A stretch of 64,000 nucleotides of DNA from an uncultured Candidatus Rokubacteria bacterium (GTDB lineage: Bacteria; Methylomirabilota; Methylomirabilia; Rokubacteriales; CSP1-6): positions 256,001 to 320,000 of the forward strand of contig CAVXJS010000015.1 of NCBI GenBank assembly GCA_963762145.1. Direction: 5' to 3'. The notes below the pieces were generated by a model. That model ran no database searches. It saw only the letters and a list, made by a program, of their open reading frames with translations, and had not been told where the DNA came from. A program made the position numbers and the translations under genes. Shown here piece after piece: positions 41,204-50,666 of this stretch (its first letter is position 1; each line of letters opens with the position of its first letter).

Positions 41204-42790
41204 TCAGCTCGCCCCGCGCCGCCGCTCGGCGGCGCGCTCCGCCTCGAGCCTCCCGCCCTCCGCACCCGAGTGATCCGCGTGACGCATGGCCGCCGCGAGG
41301 GCCTGATGCCCGGCCCGCTCCGCGATGAGGCGGTGCATCGCCTGGCAGATGCGTCGGTAGGCCGGGTGCCCCTGGGGCGCGGTGCGGAGCTCGATCATGT
41401 GCATGGCCTCGCGCGCGTTCAGCTCCATGTAGAAGCGCACGCGATAGGCCATCGCGACCGCGTACGGCGCGACCGCGGGCGTCTCGGCGGCCAGGGCGTC
41501 GTGCAGCGCGGCGGAATCTTCCATGACGCGGGTCCACTCGGGCAGCACCCCGGCGTCGCCGAGCTCGTCCGGCGTCACGTAGCCGTGCCGGGTCGAGAGC
41601 GGCTGCCATTCGAGGGTGAGCAGCCGGTGCCGCTGCAGGTCGCGGAACGCGCCGTAATCGCCGAGCACGTCGAAGCGATAGACGGTGCGCTCGAACGCGC
41701 GGCCCGGCTTGTGGCGCCGGTTCTCCCGGCGGCCGACGTAGGCCTCCAGGACGCGGCGGCGGTCCTCGGCACCGAGCGTGCGCGCCACCGCCAGGAGCTG
41801 ATCGTCGGGCAGCCGTGAGGCCGCGTAAAGCGCGGCCGCGATCACCTTCACCTCGCCGTCGGGGTCCCAGTCGGTGAGCGTGACCTCGGGCCGGGGCTCG
41901 GGCTCGATCCCCTCCAGCACGCGGGCCGCCACCGCCGCGGTGGCCTGGACGGTGTCGGCGAGGTAGCGCGACCAGACCCCGCCCCGCTCGGGGCGCTCGA
42001 GCCGCGTCAGGAAGGCCGGGATGACCTTCCGCAGCTCCACGAGCATCAGGTCGGCGTACTCGCGCACCTCTCGCAGCGGATGCGCCCGCATGCGCAGCAG
42101 GAGCGCCTCGTAGCCCTGGCCGGTCCCGAAGACGCCGACGTTGGAGCGCGTGGCCGCGGGCAGCAGGCCCCGCAGGCTGTCGAGCGCCTTGGCCCGGATC
42201 GTCATCCGGTACACCGCGTCGCCATCGGCGGGGGGCTTGGGAAACCGCCGCGTCCAGTACTCCTGCATCGGCTCGATCCACCGAGCGTAGGTGTCGAACG
42301 CGCGATCGAGCGCCTCGACGTAGCGCGCGCGCAGCGGATGCGCCTCGAGCTCGGCGGGCACGTGGTACTTCCACCGGCCCTCCGGCCGATCGGTGTAGGG
42401 CACGTAGCGGGTGGACTGCTCGAGGTAGGCCATGAGCCGTCCCCACTCGAGGACCTTGGTCAGAAGATTGGACGCGCCCTCGCAGGCGAGGTGCACGCCG
42501 CCGAGCTGGGCGACCGAGTCGTCGCCGTACTCGCTGAACACGCGCTCGTAGAGCCGGTCGGCGCGCGCGGTCCCGATGGCGCCGGCGGCCACGGGCCGCT
42601 CGGCCTGCTCCAGGAACTCGTCGAGGAAGAGCCGGCGCAGGGACTTGGCGGAGCGGGAGTAGCGTGCGAACAGGGCTCCCTTGACCACCTCCGGCAGATT
42701 GACGAGGGCGAAGACGGGGCCGTCGAGGTCGGTGAAGTACGGGGCGAGCGCCTCACGCTCCGCGGCGGTGAAGGTCTCCACGGCCGTCAT
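41204..42790 (-). CDS. thyX: FAD-dependent thymidylate synthase, tandem two-domain form
   Basis: ALFARYSRS, YGDDSVAQL, EQSTRY, RGLLPAAT; second domain RDLQRHR, ELRTAPQGHPAYR. Start may be GTG 42781. Confidence 0.88.
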   Translation of the reverse strand: MTAVETFTAAEREALAPYFTDLDGPVFALVNLPEVVKGALFARYSRSAKSLRRLFLDEFLEQAERPVAAGAIGTARADRLYERVFSEYGDDSVAQLGGVHLACEGASNLLTKVLEWGRLMAYLEQSTRYVPYTDRPEGRWKYHVPAELEAHPLRARYVEALDRAFDTYARWIEPMQEYWTRRFPKPPADGDAVYRMTIRAKALDSLRGLLPAATRSNVGVFGTGQGYEALLLRMRAHPLREVREYADLMLVELRKVIPAFLTRLERPERGGVWSRYLADTVQATAAVAARVLEGIEPEPRPEVTLTDWDPDGEVKVIAAALYAASRLPDDQLLAVARTLGAEDRRRVLEAYVGRRENRRHKPGRAFERTVYRFDVLGDYGAFRDLQRHRLLTLEWQPLSTRHGYVTPDELGDAGVLPEWTRVMEDSAALHDALAAETPAVAPYAVAMAYRVRFYMELNAREAMHMIELRTAPQGHPAYRRICQAMHRLIAERAGHQALAAAMRHADHSGAEGGRLEAERAAERRRGAS

Positions 42791-42872
42791 CCTAGCACGC
42801 GGCCCGCCCGCCGGGGCGCGGGGACCCGCCGGAGCTTGTGCCTCCGGCGGGCCGACCCGCGCGCGGCCGCGA

Positions 42873-43838
42873 CTACTTGATCGCGATCGGGTTGATGATC
42901 GCCTGGACCGCGCCGGTGATGCGCGAGGGACCGAGCGTGAAGAGGAATTCCCACGCCTTGTCCTTCACCATCTCCTCGGTGTGCATGTTCTCGAGGATGT
43001 AGATGCCGTTCAGCGGCAGCAGGATCTGGTGCACCTCGAACACGCCCGCGGTCTTCTCGAACGGCAGCACCTCGAGCCCCCAGTTGTCGGCGCCCACCAT
43101 CGCCACCCCGAGCGAGGCGAGGTACTTGGCTCCCTCGACGCCGAGGCCCGGCTCGCCCGCGTTGTAGCGCTTGTTGTCCTTGCCGATCAGCTTGGTCCAG
43201 CCGGTATAGAAGAGCACCACGTCGCCCTTGTCGGGAGGCTTGATGCCCTGGCGCTTGATCGCGTTGTCGATCTCGGCGCGATTGAAGGCGGTTCCCTCCT
43301 TGACCGGATCGCTGCCCAGGAGTCCCGCCATGTCCAGGAGCACCCCGCGGGTGGCGATGGCGGGCACGTTCTCGATCCCGAGCTTCTTCAGCCCGTCGGC
43401 CTGCGCGAACTCGGCGCCCTTGAAGCAGTTGAAGTAGATGTTGTCCACTCCGATGTGACCGAGCCCGTCGAGCTGGGAGCCAACCCCGACCCAGCCGGTG
43501 ATGATGTCGTCGTTGTAGCTGGTCTTGCTGGGTCCGATCGTGGTGCCCCCGACCTGGCCGGGCTGAATGACGGTCACCGCGAAGGTGCGCGGCGGGTAGG
43601 CCGGCGTGTCCTTGTTGGTCTCGATACCGAGCCGGTAGGCCTTCCCCTTCGTGACGAGCTTGGTGGCGGCCAGCGTCTTCTCGGGCGTGACGTAGTTGAG
43701 GTTGCCGACCTGGTCGTCCGCGCCGAACCGCGACTTCTGGCAGGTCGCCGGCTGCGCCGACACCGGGGCGGCCGCGATCAGCACCGCGAGGAGGCAGCCG
43801 ACCAGCCCGATCGTGCGATCGAGTCTTCTCCTAGCCAT
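42873..43838 (-). CDS. Exported cyclase family (kynurenine formamidase-like) protein
   Basis: Signal peptide; GADDQVGNLN, GSQLDGLGH, TRGVLLD, GADNWGLE, VHQILL, GAVQAIINPIA. Confidence 0.85.
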   Translation of the reverse strand: MARRRLDRTIGLVGCLLAVLIAAAPVSAQPATCQKSRFGADDQVGNLNYVTPEKTLAATKLVTKGKAYRLGIETNKDTPAYPPRTFAVTVIQPGQVGGTTIGPSKTSYNDDIITGWVGVGSQLDGLGHIGVDNIYFNCFKGAEFAQADGLKKLGIENVPAIATRGVLLDMAGLLGSDPVKEGTAFNRAEIDNAIKRQGIKPPDKGDVVLFYTGWTKLIGKDNKRYNAGEPGLGVEGAKYLASLGVAMVGADNWGLEVLPFEKTAGVFEVHQILLPLNGIYILENMHTEEMVKDKAWEFLFTLGPSRITGAVQAIINPIAIK

Positions 43839-44072
43839 GGGGCTCTCTCCGTTGAGGGCCGCTCGGGGGAATCCACCGCGCGCGCGGCCGGGCGCGCCGG
43901 GGACTGCGTCGGGCACGCCGACGCGGGAATCAGTCACGGGGGACCGCAGATCGCGTGACGCTCGAACGAACGATGAGCCCGACATCGCGAGGGCGAGCCT
44001 AGGCGTCGATCTAGACCAAGTCAAGCCCTCACAGGTTGCACGTGCGACGGGTCCGGTGCCATAATCCGCGCC

Positions 44073-44405
44073 ATGCGCGCGTCCGGGTCGCTGCTGGTCT
44101 GTCTGGTCGCGCTCGGCCTCCTGACCGGCTGCGTTTCGGTCAGGATCGGCCGCGAGTTCCCCTCTCCCGACGCGCACTGGATCGTCAACGGTCGGAGCGA
44201 TCGCTGGGGTCTCCAGCGCATGCTCGGCGAGCCCTACCAGGTCGGCTTCGAGAACGGCGATTCGACCTGGCGCTGGCTCTACGTCGAGCGCCTGGGCGCG
44301 ATCGCGGTGAGCAAGGACCTCATCGTGCGCTTCAGCCCCGACGGCCTCGTCCGCTCCTACTCGTTCACCTCCAACTTTCCCGACGATCTGCGGCGACTCA
44401 AGTAA
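44073..44405 (+). CDS. BamE/SmpA-like outer-membrane lipoprotein
   Basis: Lipobox LTGC; MLGEP, WRWLY, LIVRFSPDGLVRSY. Confidence 0.7.
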   Translation: MRASGSLLVCLVALGLLTGCVSVRIGREFPSPDAHWIVNGRSDRWGLQRMLGEPYQVGFENGDSTWRWLYVERLGAIAVSKDLIVRFSPDGLVRSYSFTSNFPDDLRRLK

Positions 44406-44427
44406 CCCGATCAACCAGGAGGCTTCG

Positions 44428-44613
44428 ATGCCCAACATCACCGTCCAGTGGTACGCCGGCCGCACCGACCAGCAGAAGCGCGAGATCACCGCCGCCATCA
44501 CCGACGCGATGGTCAAGATCGGCAAGACCACCGCCGACCAGGTGCACATCGTCTTCCAGGACATCGAAAAGACGAACTGGGGCGTGAACGGCAAGCTGGC
44601 GAGCGACAAGTAG
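44428..44613 (+). CDS. 4-oxalocrotonate tautomerase family protein
   Basis: N-terminal Pro1, GRTDQQK, WGVNG; 61 aa; AGGAGG RBS. Confidence 0.9.
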   Translation: MPNITVQWYAGRTDQQKREITAAITDAMVKIGKTTADQVHIVFQDIEKTNWGVNGKLASDK

Positions 44614-44620
44614 CGCGCAC

Positions 44621-45610
44621 GTGGCGAGGCTCCAGGCCGGCTTCATCCCCATCGAGGGCGGGCACTACTACCGGGAGGCGCTCGAGGAGGTCACGCGCGC
44701 CGAGGAGCTCGGCTTCGACTCGGTGTGGATGGAGGAGCACCACTCGGTCACCGACCACTACTGGCCCTCGCCGCTTCCGGTGCTGGCCGGCTTCGCGACG
44801 CGGACCACCCGCATGCGGCTCGGCACCGACATCCTGGTCGCGCCCTTCTATCACCCGGTCCGGCTCGCGGAGGACGTGGCCATGCTCGACGTGATGTCGG
44901 GCGGGCGCTTCGTGCTCGGCATCGCGATCGGGTACAAGCCGGACGAGTTCGCCCTCTACGGCGCGGAGCTCGAGAAGCGCGGCGCGCGCTTCGAGGAGCA
45001 GCTCCGGATCATGAAGGCGCTGTGGACGCAGGACTCGGTGTCCCACCAGGGCACCTACTACCAGGTGACCGGCCGCCTGGAGCCCCGATCGATCACGCGC
45101 CCCCATCCCCCGGTCTGGATCGGCGGATGGGGGGACATCACCCTGCGCCGCGCCGCCACCCTGGCCGACAACTGGATCCCGGGCCCCACCGCCGACCTGC
45201 CGCGCCTGCTCGCGGGCAAGCAGCAGTTCCTGGCCAACCGGAAGGCGGCGGGGCGGACGGAGCCGATCACCGAGTGGCCGCTCACCCGAGACGTCATCAT
45301 CGCCGACACCGACCGGGAGGCGCGCGAGCTCGCCGAGAAGCACATCATGATCTCGTACCGCAAGGAGTACGCGGGAGGCTGGCGGCATCCGTTCATCGAC
45401 GCCTCCATCGCCACCGATCTCGACGGGCTGATGAAGAATCGCTTCCTCATCGGCGGACCCGAGCAGGTCATCCGCGCGCTGCGGCCCTTCGTCGACGAGT
45501 ACGGCATGACGCATCTCATCTGCCGGGTCTTCTTCCCCGGCATGCCGCATCGGCACATCATGCGCGAGCTCGAGCTGCTGTCCCGGGAAGTGCTTCCCGC
45601 CTTCGCCTGA
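44621..45610 (+). CDS. LLM class flavin-dependent oxidoreductase
   Basis: AEELGFDSVWMEEHH, HPVRLAED, LDVMSGGRF, PPVWIGG. Confidence 0.9.
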   Translation: MARLQAGFIPIEGGHYYREALEEVTRAEELGFDSVWMEEHHSVTDHYWPSPLPVLAGFATRTTRMRLGTDILVAPFYHPVRLAEDVAMLDVMSGGRFVLGIAIGYKPDEFALYGAELEKRGARFEEQLRIMKALWTQDSVSHQGTYYQVTGRLEPRSITRPHPPVWIGGWGDITLRRAATLADNWIPGPTADLPRLLAGKQQFLANRKAAGRTEPITEWPLTRDVIIADTDREARELAEKHIMISYRKEYAGGWRHPFIDASIATDLDGLMKNRFLIGGPEQVIRALRPFVDEYGMTHLICRVFFPGMPHRHIMRELELLSREVLPAFA

Positions 45611-45639
45611 CGCGCGGGTCGGTGTGATACGCTGCGGCC

Positions 45640-46614
45640 GTGCGCTGGCTGATCGTCCTGCCGTTCGCGCGGCCCGGGCTGATGGGGATGGACTTCCGCG
45701 ACGAGCTCGTGGCCATGGGCCACGAGGTGCGGACCTTCGCCTACCGGCGCGATAACCCGCTCTACAAGAATCGCAGCACCAAGGCCACCTACCAGATCTT
45801 CATCCTCCGCCGCCTCGAGCGCGCCTGCCTCGCGTGGCGGCCCGACCTCGTGCTCGTGATCAAGGGTGGGCCGGTCACCCCCGGGCTCATCCGACGCGTG
45901 AAGGCGCGGATCGACACGCGCTTCCTGAACTTCTTCCCCGACAACCCGCTGTGGATGATCCCCTTCGACTGCGTCGAGGCCTACGACGCGTTCTTCACCA
46001 AGGAGCGCTACGCCCTGCGGGCCCTCGAGCAGGCGGGCCTGCGCAACCTGCACTACCTGCCGATGTACTGCGTCCCCGAGCAGCACCATCCGATCGAGCT
46101 GACCGCCGAGGAGACGCGACGCTACGCGGCGCCGATCAGCTTCGTCGGCAGCGCCTATCCCTATCGCGCGCGGTTCGTGCGCGAGCTGGCCGGCTATCCG
46201 GTGCGCCTCTGGGGCGGCGGGTGGGACCGCGTCGAGGCGCCCGAGGTGCGCGCGATGGTGGCGGGCGGACCGGTGTGGGGACGCGCCAAGCTCGCGGTGT
46301 ACTCGGGATCGACCCTGTCCCTGAATCACCATCACCCGATGAACGACATCGTCGGCGTGAACACGCGCGCCTTCGAGCTGGCCGCGAGCGGGGCGTGCCA
46401 GGTGGTCGACGCCAAGGACGAGCTCGCCCACCTCTTCACCGCGGGGGAAGAGACGGTGGTGTACCACGACCTGGACGAGCTGCGGCGGCACCTCGACCAC
46501 TACCTCGCCCACCCCGACGAGGCACGCGACATCGGAGAGCGGGCGCGCAAGCGGGCGCTCGCCGAGCACACCCTGCGCCATCGCATCGAGACGATGATCG
46601 CGGTGGTCGGGTGA
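45640..46614 (+). CDS. CgeB-like glycosyltransferase (DUF3880/Glyco_trans_1_2)
   Basis: FFPDNP, SFVGS, NTRAFELAASG, EHTLRHRI. Confidence 0.82.
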   Translation: MRWLIVLPFARPGLMGMDFRDELVAMGHEVRTFAYRRDNPLYKNRSTKATYQIFILRRLERACLAWRPDLVLVIKGGPVTPGLIRRVKARIDTRFLNFFPDNPLWMIPFDCVEAYDAFFTKERYALRALEQAGLRNLHYLPMYCVPEQHHPIELTAEETRRYAAPISFVGSAYPYRARFVRELAGYPVRLWGGGWDRVEAPEVRAMVAGGPVWGRAKLAVYSGSTLSLNHHHPMNDIVGVNTRAFELAASGACQVVDAKDELAHLFTAGEETVVYHDLDELRRHLDHYLAHPDEARDIGERARKRALAEHTLRHRIETMIAVVG

Positions 46615-46642
46615 GCCGCAGCCGAAGGCGAGGCGAACGCAT

Positions 46643-47870
46643 ATGAAGAGCCGATTCCTTCGCCACCGCGCTCCGCTGCATCGAGTGCGGACGCGAGCAC
46701 CCGCTCGAGTACGTGCTCGAGTGCGCGACCTGCCGCGGCCTCCTGGAGCTGGTCTACGACGAGGAGGCCCTGCGCCGCGCGGGGCCCGCCGTCTTCACCG
46801 GGGGCGGCCTCTGGCGCTACGCGCCGGTGCTGCCCATCGCCGATCCCGCCCATCGCGTGACCCTCGGCGAGGGGCAGAGCCCGCTGCTCGATTGCCCGGC
46901 CCTCGGCCGCCGGCTCGGGGTGCGCCGGCTCCAGGTGAAGTTCGAGGGCAGCAATCCCACCGGAACCGTGAAGGACCGCTCGTCCCCCACCGCGGTGGCG
47001 GCCGCGCTCCAGTTCGGCTTCCGCGCCACCTCGGTGGTCAGCTCCGGCAACGCGGGCTCGTCCATCGCGGCCTACTCGGCGCGGGCGGGCCTGCGCTCGC
47101 TGATCTTCGCCTACGAGCGGACCTCGGCCCCCAAGCTCCTGCACATGACCGCCACCGCCACCGATCTCGTCCTCTACCAGGGCGTCTACGACGACCTAAT
47201 CACCATATGGGACCGGCTCGTCGAGGACCGGCTCTTCTTCGACTGCGGCGCGTCGCGCAACGCCTACAAGCACGAGGGCAAGAAGACGCTGGCCTACGAG
47301 ATCGCCGAGCAGTCGGGCTGGCGCGCCCCGGACGTGGTGGTGGCACCCGCCGCGGTGGGCGAGACCTTCATCGCGGCCCACCGCGGCTTCGTGGAGCTCG
47401 AGCGATTGGGCTGGATCCCGCGACGGCCTCGCATGGTGGCCGCGCAGGCGGCGCGGGCCAACGCGATCACGCGCGCGTGGCGCGGCCAGCGGCCGCTCGA
47501 GCCGGTGAAGATCGGCTACACGGTGGCGGAGGGCCTCGCGGCCGGCAACCCGGGCCGGAAAGGCGGCTGGGTGCTGCGCATCCTGAACGAGACCGGCGGG
47601 GCGGCGGGCGAGGCGGAGGACGAGGAGATCCTCGAGACCCAGGCCCTGCTGGCCCGCACCGAGGGCATCTGGGCCGGGCCCACCGGAGTGGCCGCGCTCG
47701 CGGTGCTGAGGCGGCTCCTCGCCGAGAAGGCGATCGATCCCGACTCGACCGTCTGCGTGATCCTGAGCGAGACCGGCCTCAAGACCGAGACCAGCGCGCC
47801 TAGCCGCCGGGCCACCGCCTTCGACGAGGACTCGCTGCGCCGGCTGGTCTACGCGACGCTCAAGGCCTGA
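46643..47870 (+). CDS. Threonine-synthase-like PLP enzyme (frameshift near 46655)
   Basis: N-terminal Zn ribbon CIECG/CATC; TLGEGQSPL; NPTGTVKDR; SSGNAG; EGKKTLAYEI. Confidence 0.85.
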
Positions 47871-48534
47871 CCGGCCGGAGCCGCAGCCGCCGGGCGGTCA
47901 GCGCCGCCATCTGCGGATCACGCTCCACTCCGATCCACTCGCGGCCGAGGGCCGCCGCGATGCGCCCCACGGTGCCCGCGCCCGCGAACGGATCGAGCAC
48001 GGCGCCGCGCCGCGCGGAGCGCGCGAGCAGGCCGCGGAGCACCGGGTCCGGCGTCGCGTCCCAGAGGCTCTCCGGGTGCGAGCGCGGCAGCGGCAGCATC
48101 CAGCAGAGCGTGGTCCCATCCACCCGAACCGGATGCTCCGCCTTCCGGAAGCGCAGCAGGTGGTTCACGCGATTGTCCCAGCGCTCACGCGAGCGCACCT
48201 GCGCCCAGAGCCCCTTGGCCTGCAGCCGGAAGCCGGCGCGGCGCAGGTAGGTCGTGACGAGCGCGTCCATGCCCACCCACTCGGCCCCGTCGTGCCGGTC
48301 GCCGATCACGAGCCAGAGGTCGCCGTGGTCCGCCAGGACTCGGCGCCACTCCCCCGCGAAGCCGGCCGCGAGCTCGCGCGCGTACCGCTCGGCCCGCGCG
48401 CGCCCGCGCCCGCGCACCCAGTAGGGCGGCGAGGTCAGGATGACGCCGACGCTCCCGGTGGCGATGCCGGCCAGGCGGCGGCTGTCCTCCACGAAGAGAC
48501 GCAATCGGCCGTCACGGCTCGCGTAGCGCTTCAT
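47860..48534 (-). CDS. Orphan N4/N6 DNA methyltransferase (beta-class motif order)
   Basis: ILTSPPYW catalytic motif; VLDPFAGAGT SAM motif; WIGVERDP. Confidence 0.75.
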   Translation of the reverse strand: MKRYASRDGRLRLFVEDSRRLAGIATGSVGVILTSPPYWVRGRGRARAERYARELAAGFAGEWRRVLADHGDLWLVIGDRHDGAEWVGMDALVTTYLRRAGFRLQAKGLWAQVRSRERWDNRVNHLLRFRKAEHPVRVDGTTLCWMLPLPRSHPESLWDATPDPVLRGLLARSARRGAVLDPFAGAGTVGRIAAALGREWIGVERDPQMAALTARRLRLRPVRP

Positions 48535-48550
48535 GCCGCGGACGGGCCGG

Positions 48551-49333
48551 TCAGATGGGACGGCGGCGGCGCAGCAGCAGCGGCACGCCCACCAGGGCCA
48601 GGGTCATGCAGAGCACGCTCACGAGCTGCGCGACGCGGAGAGAGCCCAGCATCAACGGATCGGTGCGGAGCGCCTCGGTGAAGACCCGGCCGAGCGAGTA
48701 GAGTCCGACGTAGGCCAGGAACAGCGCGCCCGGCGCCCGCACGAGGCGATCGCGAAGCACGAACACCAGGAGGCCGAACACCACCAGATCCCACCCGGAC
48801 TCGTAGAGGAACGTGGGGTGGAAGAACTCGGCCTGCGCGAACGGCGGCGGGCGGTGCGGCGGCGAGATGTACAGCTTCCATGGCAGCTCGGTGGGCCGGC
48901 CGAACGCTTCCTCGTTGAAGAAGTTCCCCCATCGGCCGATCGCCTGCCCGAGCGCCAGGCTCGGGGCGGCCACGTCGAGATACTGTCGTAGGGGCAACCG
49001 GCGCCGCCAGGCGTAGATCCCGCCCACGAGGATCCCGCCCAGCACGCCGCCGTGGATAGCGAGCCCGCCTTCCCAGATCGCGAAGATTTTACCGGGGAAC
49101 CGGCTGTAGTAGTCGAGGTTGAACGCGACATAGTAGAGGCGCGCGCCGATCAGTCCGCCCAGCAGGGCGAGCTCGGAGGCCTTCAGCAGACGCTCGGAAT
49201 CGAGCCCGCGCCGCCGCGCGTCCCGATGCGCGAGCCAGAGACCGAGCGCCATGGCCGTCGCCATGAGCACGCCATACCAGCGGATCGCGAGGGGGCCCAC
49301 GTGCAGCGCGATGGCTCCCGGGGACTGGAACAT
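48551..49333 (-). CDS. lgt: Prolipoprotein diacylglyceryl transferase
   Basis: IRWYG, GARLYYV, WEGGLAIHGG, IGRWGNFFNEE, HPTFLYE. Confidence 0.95.
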   Translation of the reverse strand: MFQSPGAIALHVGPLAIRWYGVLMATAMALGLWLAHRDARRRGLDSERLLKASELALLGGLIGARLYYVAFNLDYYSRFPGKIFAIWEGGLAIHGGVLGGILVGGIYAWRRRLPLRQYLDVAAPSLALGQAIGRWGNFFNEEAFGRPTELPWKLYISPPHRPPPFAQAEFFHPTFLYESGWDLVVFGLLVFVLRDRLVRAPGALFLAYVGLYSLGRVFTEALRTDPLMLGSLRVAQLVSVLCMTLALVGVPLLLRRRRPI

Positions 49334-49495
49334 AGAAGGCTTATACGGCCGGTCCCGGAGACTGTCAATAATTCAGCGACTTTCCAGGCGTTTTCGGGCC
49401 GAATTTGTTGACACCCCGAAAAAGGCTCCGGTATCATCAAATCAAACAAATCGTCACCCCCGTCCACCATTCACGCGTATTAAGGAGACCTTCGG

Positions 49496-50236
49496 GTGCC
49501 AGGATCAGGAAGTGCCAACGGCGGCGTTGCGGAGCTCGTCCTCAGCGCCGGTCCCGTCGCCAAGTTCGTCCTGCTCCTCCTCGCGACCTTCTCCGTGATC
49601 TGCTGGGCGCTGATCGTCGAGAAGTGGTGGGAGTTCCGGAAGATCCGGCGCGAGTCCCTTCGCTTCCGGCAGATCTTCCGGGAGGCGCGTCGCTTCTCGG
49701 TGGTCTACGCCGCGGCCAAGAAGCACCGCGACAGCCCGCTCGCCCAGCTCTACGTGGCGGCGGGCCAGGAGCTGGTGACCGCCTACGGGAGCGCGGACAT
49801 GGTGGACCACGTGCTCGACGACATGGACGAGGGACTGGCGGCCGAGCGCCTCGACTCGACCGGCCGCGCGCTCCGCCGGGCCGGCTCTTCCGAGATCGCG
49901 CGCATGGAGCGCTACCTGCCCTTCCTCGCCACCGTGGCCAGCTCGGCGCCGTTCATCGGGTTGTTCGGCACGGTGTGGGGCATCATGACCGCCTTCCAGA
50001 ACATCGGCCAGCAGGGCTCGGCCAATCTCGCGGTGGTGGCCCCCGGCATCTCGGAGGCGCTCGTGGCCACCGCGGCCGGCCTCGGCGCGGCCATCCCCGC
50101 GGTCATGGGCTACAACTTCTTCGTGAACCGTACCAAGCACTGGGCGATGGAGATGGAGGGCTTCACGCTGGATCTGCTGAACGCGTTCGCTCGTCCGGCG
50201 CAGAAGATGGCACGGGTGCCCAAAGATGGCCATTAA
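49496..50236 (+). CDS. tolQ: TolQ (MotA/TolQ/ExbB)
   Basis: APFIGLFGTVWGIM, VAPGISEALVATAAGL; head of the tol-pal cluster. Confidence 0.92.
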   Translation: MPGSGSANGGVAELVLSAGPVAKFVLLLLATFSVICWALIVEKWWEFRKIRRESLRFRQIFREARRFSVVYAAAKKHRDSPLAQLYVAAGQELVTAYGSADMVDHVLDDMDEGLAAERLDSTGRALRRAGSSEIARMERYLPFLATVASSAPFIGLFGTVWGIMTAFQNIGQQGSANLAVVAPGISEALVATAAGLGAAIPAVMGYNFFVNRTKHWAMEMEGFTLDLLNAFARPAQKMARVPKDGH

Positions 50237-50666
50237 GGTCGACACGCCCGACTACGGCAACGGCGGCGGTTACCGCATCGGCGGGACCATGTCCGAGATC
50301 AACATCATCCCGCTCGTCGACGTCATCCTCGTCCTCCTCCTCATCTTCATGCTGACCGCGCCGCTCATGTACCGCGGCATCGACGTCAACCTGCCCAAGA
50401 GCTCGGGCAAACCCACCGCGGTCGAGGAGCGCGTGGTGTTGACGGTGACGAAGGAGCAGACCATCTACATCAACGACAAGCCGGTCGCCCTGGGCGCGGT
50501 CGAGCAGGCGCTGCGCGACCTGTTCAAGAACCGGCAGGACAAGACCCTCTACCTCCGGGCGGATCAGGCCCTGCAGTACGGCCTCGTGGTCGAGACGATG
50601 GATCGCGTGCGCCGCGCCGGGATCGAGAAGCTCGGCATGGTGACGGAGCCGACTCGCGCTCGATGA
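50226..50666 (+). CDS. tolR: TolR (ExbD/TolR)
   Basis: SEINIIPLVDVILVLLLIFM, LRADQ. Confidence 0.92.
   Translation: MAIKVDTPDYGNGGGYRIGGTMSEINIIPLVDVILVLLLIFMLTAPLMYRGIDVNLPKSSGKPTAVEERVVLTVTKEQTIYINDKPVALGAVEQALRDLFKNRQDKTLYLRADQALQYGLVVETMDRVRRAGIEKLGMVTEPTRAR

Noticed and set aside
46612-46645. Short GCCG-AAGGC element between the GT and PLP genes as a repeat or regulatory site
   Set aside because: Single short occurrence with a weak stem; cannot be supported from this window alone.
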